Below, in pieces: positions 33,961 through 36,624 of a stretch of DNA of 36,624 bases. The notes beneath the pieces are model-generated. The model was not told the origin of the DNA, ran no database searches, and saw nothing but the letters and a program-made list of their open reading frames with translations. Location: NCBI GenBank assembly GCA_049582265.1, contig JBAUTP010000288.1, positions 1 to 36,624 on the forward strand, read 5' to 3'. This DNA is from Thermoplasmata archaeon. GTDB lineage: Archaea; Thermoplasmatota; Thermoplasmata; Lutacidiplasmatales; UBA184. The stretch's first letter is position 1; the number at the start of each line of letters is the position of its first letter. A program made the translations under genes and the position numbers.

Positions 33961-35313
33961 TCAGGTGGACGTTCGCCCGCCTCCCGGGGAGCCGACACGG
34001 AAGAGATGCCGGGTTTCGGCAAAACCGCTGAGCGAAGAAGAGCCCCGGTCCTCCAATCGGAACGCCGACCAGGAAACGAGGTCATGTATCGTGCTCGAGA
34101 TCAGTATCTCACCCGGGCGGGCCACCGTGGCGATCTGGGCGGCCATCCGGACCGTTGTTCCTCCCACGTCGTCCTCCACGAGCTCGTACTCGCCGAGGTG
34201 GAGACCGATGCGGGTTTCGAGCCTGAGCTCCTTCAAGGCCTCCTGGACCCGGCCAGCACACTGGATTGCTCGACTGGGACCGTCGAAGATCGCTCGAAAC
34301 CCCTCTCGGGTTCGCTTCACATCCCGTGCCAGGTAGCTAGCCGTGATCCGACGCGTGAGCTCTTCTGCCTGGGCCTGAAGCGTCTGTCGAGAGACGTCCT
34401 GCTCGCTCGCTTTCCCTGGTCCTCCATCGTCGAGGGTGACGCAGAGGATCGTCGCAAGGGCTCCGCCGAACCGAGGTGGGGATCGGGGTCCGGCCACGAA
34501 CTCTTGGATCGCGGGTATCACCTGGTCCGCGAGGTCCGCAAAGCCGTGGGTCGCTCCCGGCCATTCGAGGAACTTCGCGCCGGGGATCATGGAACACAGA
34601 CTGCGCGCGGCCGACACGTGAGCGACGGGGTCGCTCGTTCGGTTCATCACAAGGGTGGGCACCCGGATCGCGGGCAGCACATCCCTTGTGTCGATCTCGA
34701 GTACCATGCGCTCGAGCGCCGCGATGGCGCTGGGACTTCCCCCGGCGCGAGAGTACCGGAAACACCATTCGAGGAGGTCCGGGTCCGGGTGCGCTCCGAG
34801 TCCATAGCCGGGACCGGTGATGTAGGCAAGGGTCACCCCCTTCTCCGAGATCTCGTCGATGATCCTCAGCTGCTGCTCACGCGTGGGACCCCAAGGGTAG
34901 TCAGGTGCCTGCGTCCACCTGGCCTGGACCCCCCAGAGGAGGAGAGCGCGGGTCCGAGTGGGATACGTCGCGGCAAAGAGGCAGGCCATGGACCCCCCTT
35001 CGGAGAGGCCAAACAGGACCGCCCGCTCACTTTCCGCCGCATCCATGACCGCCCGGATGTCATCCATCCGTTCCTCCAGCGTCGCCGCGTTCGTAGGGCG
35101 GTCGGATAATCCGGTCCCGCGCTTGTCAAACCGGATGAGGCGGAACGAGGAGCCCAGCCGTTCGAAGAATCGCGCCCGGGGCGGCCATTCCCAGTCCAGG
35201 TCGAGATGCGAGACGGTACCGGGAGCCCAGACGAGGTCTAGGGGACCCTTTCCCGTTACCTGGTACGCGACTCGCACATCGCCGCTCTTCGCGTACCTCG
35301 TCTCGGGCCGCAT
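33961..35313 (-). CDS. alpha/beta-hydrolase fused to a degenerate class III cyclase-homology domain
   Basis: 450 aa. The N-terminal half is an alpha/beta hydrolase (RFDKRGTGLSD, nucleophile elbow GLSEGG). The C-terminal half aligns with cyclase domains (RIGLHLGE, EDDVGG, GEILISS), but key motifs are altered (ILCVTLDDGG, KRTREGF, TTVRMAAQI). Confidence 0.85.
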   Translation of the reverse strand: MRPETRYAKSGDVRVAYQVTGKGPLDLVWAPGTVSHLDLDWEWPPRARFFERLGSSFRLIRFDKRGTGLSDRPTNAATLEERMDDIRAVMDAAESERAVLFGLSEGGSMACLFAATYPTRTRALLLWGVQARWTQAPDYPWGPTREQQLRIIDEISEKGVTLAYITGPGYGLGAHPDPDLLEWCFRYSRAGGSPSAIAALERMVLEIDTRDVLPAIRVPTLVMNRTSDPVAHVSAARSLCSMIPGAKFLEWPGATHGFADLADQVIPAIQEFVAGPRSPPRFGGALATILCVTLDDGGPGKASEQDVSRQTLQAQAEELTRRITASYLARDVKRTREGFRAIFDGPSRAIQCAGRVQEALKELRLETRIGLHLGEYELVEDDVGGTTVRMAAQIATVARPGEILISSTIHDLVSWSAFRLEDRGSSSLSGFAETRHLFRVGSPGGGRTST

Positions 35314-35377
35314 TCCTCACCTCCCGTGTGGTAGGCTTCTCAGCCCCCCTGGGCGGACCGGCCGTGGGATAGCCGAA

Positions 35378-35422
35378 GTGGGAGAAAAAAGGGCCGAAGG
35401 GGCCGAGGCGGACTTCTCCCAC
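35378..35422 (-). terminator. nested hairpin plus T6 tract (minus strand)
   Basis: The minus strand reads GTGGGAGAA-GTCCGCCTC-GGCC-CCTTC-GGCC-C-TTTTTT-CTCCCAC. It has a 9-bp outer stem and a 4-bp GC inner stem followed by T6. It lies about 70 nt downstream of the 70-aa ORF stop. Confidence 0.45.
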
Positions 35423-35457
35423 CCCTGGGGAGTCGCGTCGGTGGGGTGTGCGCTTCG

Positions 35458-35670
35458 CTACTTCTTGTCGTCGGACTTCGACTCGGTCCACTCGTGGAGT
35501 GGAGTCCGTCGGATCCCTGCGGCCCGAGCAAGGGCATTCTTGGTCGCTTCCTCGGCCAGGTGGGGCGCGTCGACGACATCCGTCTTAACGTCGCGCCCGA
35601 TGCCACCCATCGCTTTTCGCATGTCGTGCAAGTGCTCTCGGAACCTCGGTCGCTCGCTGTCCTCGGTCAT
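35458..35670 (-). CDS. possible small protein (70 aa)
   Basis: ATG 35670 (MTEDSERPRFREHLHDMRKAMGGIGRDVKTDVVDAPHLAEEATKNALARAAGIRRTPLHEWTESKSDDKK) reads as a balanced, helical-looking sequence. It is followed by the T6 terminator-like element. The upstream 131 codons of the track ORF are junk. Confidence 0.35.
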   Translation of the reverse strand: MTEDSERPRFREHLHDMRKAMGGIGRDVKTDVVDAPHLAEEATKNALARAAGIRRTPLHEWTESKSDDKK

Positions 35671-35940
35671 GGATCCGATGATGGAAGCCGGGGAGCTAGT
35701 GCAAAAACCTTCAGGCGGAGGAGAACCGGACCGGCCGTCGTCCTCGCGGGACGCGGGCCTCCGTACGGAACGCCCGACCCGCGGCCTCCGACCAACCCAG
35801 CCGTGCGGGACCCTCACGGCTCCCTCCAGGGGAGACAACGAAGCGAATGTCCCATCGGCCCGATCGAGGGCCGGCGGGAGGCTGGATCCACGGTGGGCGG
35901 CCGTCGAAGTTATGTTGAGATGTCGGGCGCGGAAGGAGGC

Positions 35941-36315
35941 ATGAACGACCCCGAAATGTGGCTCGTGGAGTACGCTCGGAGAACGAACACGCATCGATTT
36001 GACGAGGTTGCGCCTCTGGTGGACCCCGGCGCGGTCTATTGGTTCAGCGATGGGTCCACCCACGAGGGTATCGCAGCGATCCGGTCGGTCTTTGAGCGAA
36101 ACTGGGCCGCGATACGGAACGAAGTGTACCGGATCGAGGACCCACGCTGGCTCGTTCGCGACGACAAGATCGCCGTCGTGGCCTACCGGTTTCGCTGGGA
36201 GGGGGAAACGGATGCGGGTCGTCGCTCAGGAGAGGGCCGAGGCACCTCCGTCCTGCGTTACCACGCCGGCTCGTGGCGGGTCGTCCATGAGCACTTGAGC
36301 CGACCGGCGCCCTAG
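35941..36315 (+). CDS. SnoaL-like / DUF4440 (NTF2-fold) protein
   Basis: 124 aa from ATG 35941, with an alternative ATG at 35920. The pattern F..L..P.AVYWFSDGS..G..AIR..FE.NW........Y.I.....L...D..AV..Y.F.W.G...G...SG.GRGT.VL......W.VVHEHLS is typical of the fold. Confidence 0.7.
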   Translation: MNDPEMWLVEYARRTNTHRFDEVAPLVDPGAVYWFSDGSTHEGIAAIRSVFERNWAAIRNEVYRIEDPRWLVRDDKIAVVAYRFRWEGETDAGRRSGEGRGTSVLRYHAGSWRVVHEHLSRPAP

Positions 36316-36358
36316 ATTGGCTCTTCGGACCGGTACCGCGGCCTCGACGCGCGGCGCA

Positions 36359-36624
36359 TCACTCGGTCGGTCGGACAGCTTCCGCGGGGGGAAGCCGGGA
36401 CGCCCGTAGCGATGGCTGAGCGATCGCGAGCATGGCAAGGCCGTAGGCCGCGGCGAGGATGATGAGAAGGTTCAGCCAGGGGACCGTGAACGTCGAAGCC
36501 CCGACCGAGGCCGCGGATGGGCCTTGCGTCAGATTCCACACGATGAGGAGTCCCAGCGCGGTACCAATCGCGATGCCGACCAGGGTGACGAACGAGTACT
36601 CGATAAAGAACGCCTTGAGGACCA
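36359..36624 (-). CDS. ABC-transporter permease, FtsX/MacB-type, C-terminal fragment (continues beyond the window)
   Basis: The open frame runs from the window edge: VLKAFFIEYSFVTLVGIAIGTALGLLIVWNL...LNLLIILAAAYGLAMLAIAQPSLRASRLPPAEAVRPTE. This is the typical last two FtsX TM helices with the A..A.RL.P.EA.R.E terminus. Confidence 0.8.
   Translation of the reverse strand, partial: VLKAFFIEYSFVTLVGIAIGTALGLLIVWNLTQGPSAASVGASTFTVPWLNLLIILAAAYGLAMLAIAQPSLRASRLPPAEAVRPTE

Noticed and set aside
1-36624. CRISPR arrays, rRNA genes, IS elements, transposases, integrases, prophage genes
   Set aside because: I scanned for regularly spaced direct repeats, rRNA-like conserved blocks and DDE, serine or tyrosine recombinase motifs and saw none. 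The only long internal similarity is the BNR paralogue pair.

Overview
High-GC (by eye above 60 %) chromosomal segment that I read as archaeal. It carries a fibrillarin-type 2'-O-methyltransferase (flpA), an archaeal-looking tRNA-Glu with an AT-rich box about 30 nt upstream, and a hexulose-phosphate-synthase/RraA fusion. Several start codons sit about 25 nt downstream of isolated AT-rich hexamers, which suggests leaderless-type promoters. Lineage cannot be assigned from the sequence alone; the proteins are not acidic, so it is probably not a haloarchaeon. About 40 CDS are supportable. Many long ORFs in the supplied track are antisense or N-terminally over-extended shadows (Arg/Pro/Ser/Gly-rich) typical of GC-rich DNA, and the track also uses GTG starts. 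The stand-out is a tightly coupled six-gene minus-strand operon (9157-14104). It encodes a VirB2/TrbC-like pilin candidate, a VirB6/TrbL-like 7-TM protein, a PrgI/VirB3-like protein fused to a VirB4 N-domain, a 3-TM mini-protein, a VirB4-type ATPase and an unrecognisable 205-aa protein. No relaxase, coupling protein or integrase is present in the window. The operon lies between housekeeping genes and next to an orphan SPPY (m4C-type) DNA methyltransferase, so it is a candidate Ced/Ted-like DNA-transfer machine of a new gene layout. Other content: a Cys/Met PLP enzyme, nucleotidyltransferase, DUF4242, MBL hydrolase, VOC protein, RidA, DUF885, MFS exporter and a tandem Lrp/AsnC regulator. There is also a two-component cluster (two soluble PAS histidine kinases, a stand-alone 7-TM protein and two receivers), plus DUF1697 and an HxlR-PhzF operon. 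Two 376-aa BNR/Asp-box paralogues flank a SAM methyltransferase. A canonical class III cyclase lies convergent with an alpha/beta-hydrolase fused to a degenerate cyclase domain. The window ends with a SnoaL-like protein and the 3' end of an FtsX-type permease. No rRNA, CRISPR array, transposase or integrase was seen.
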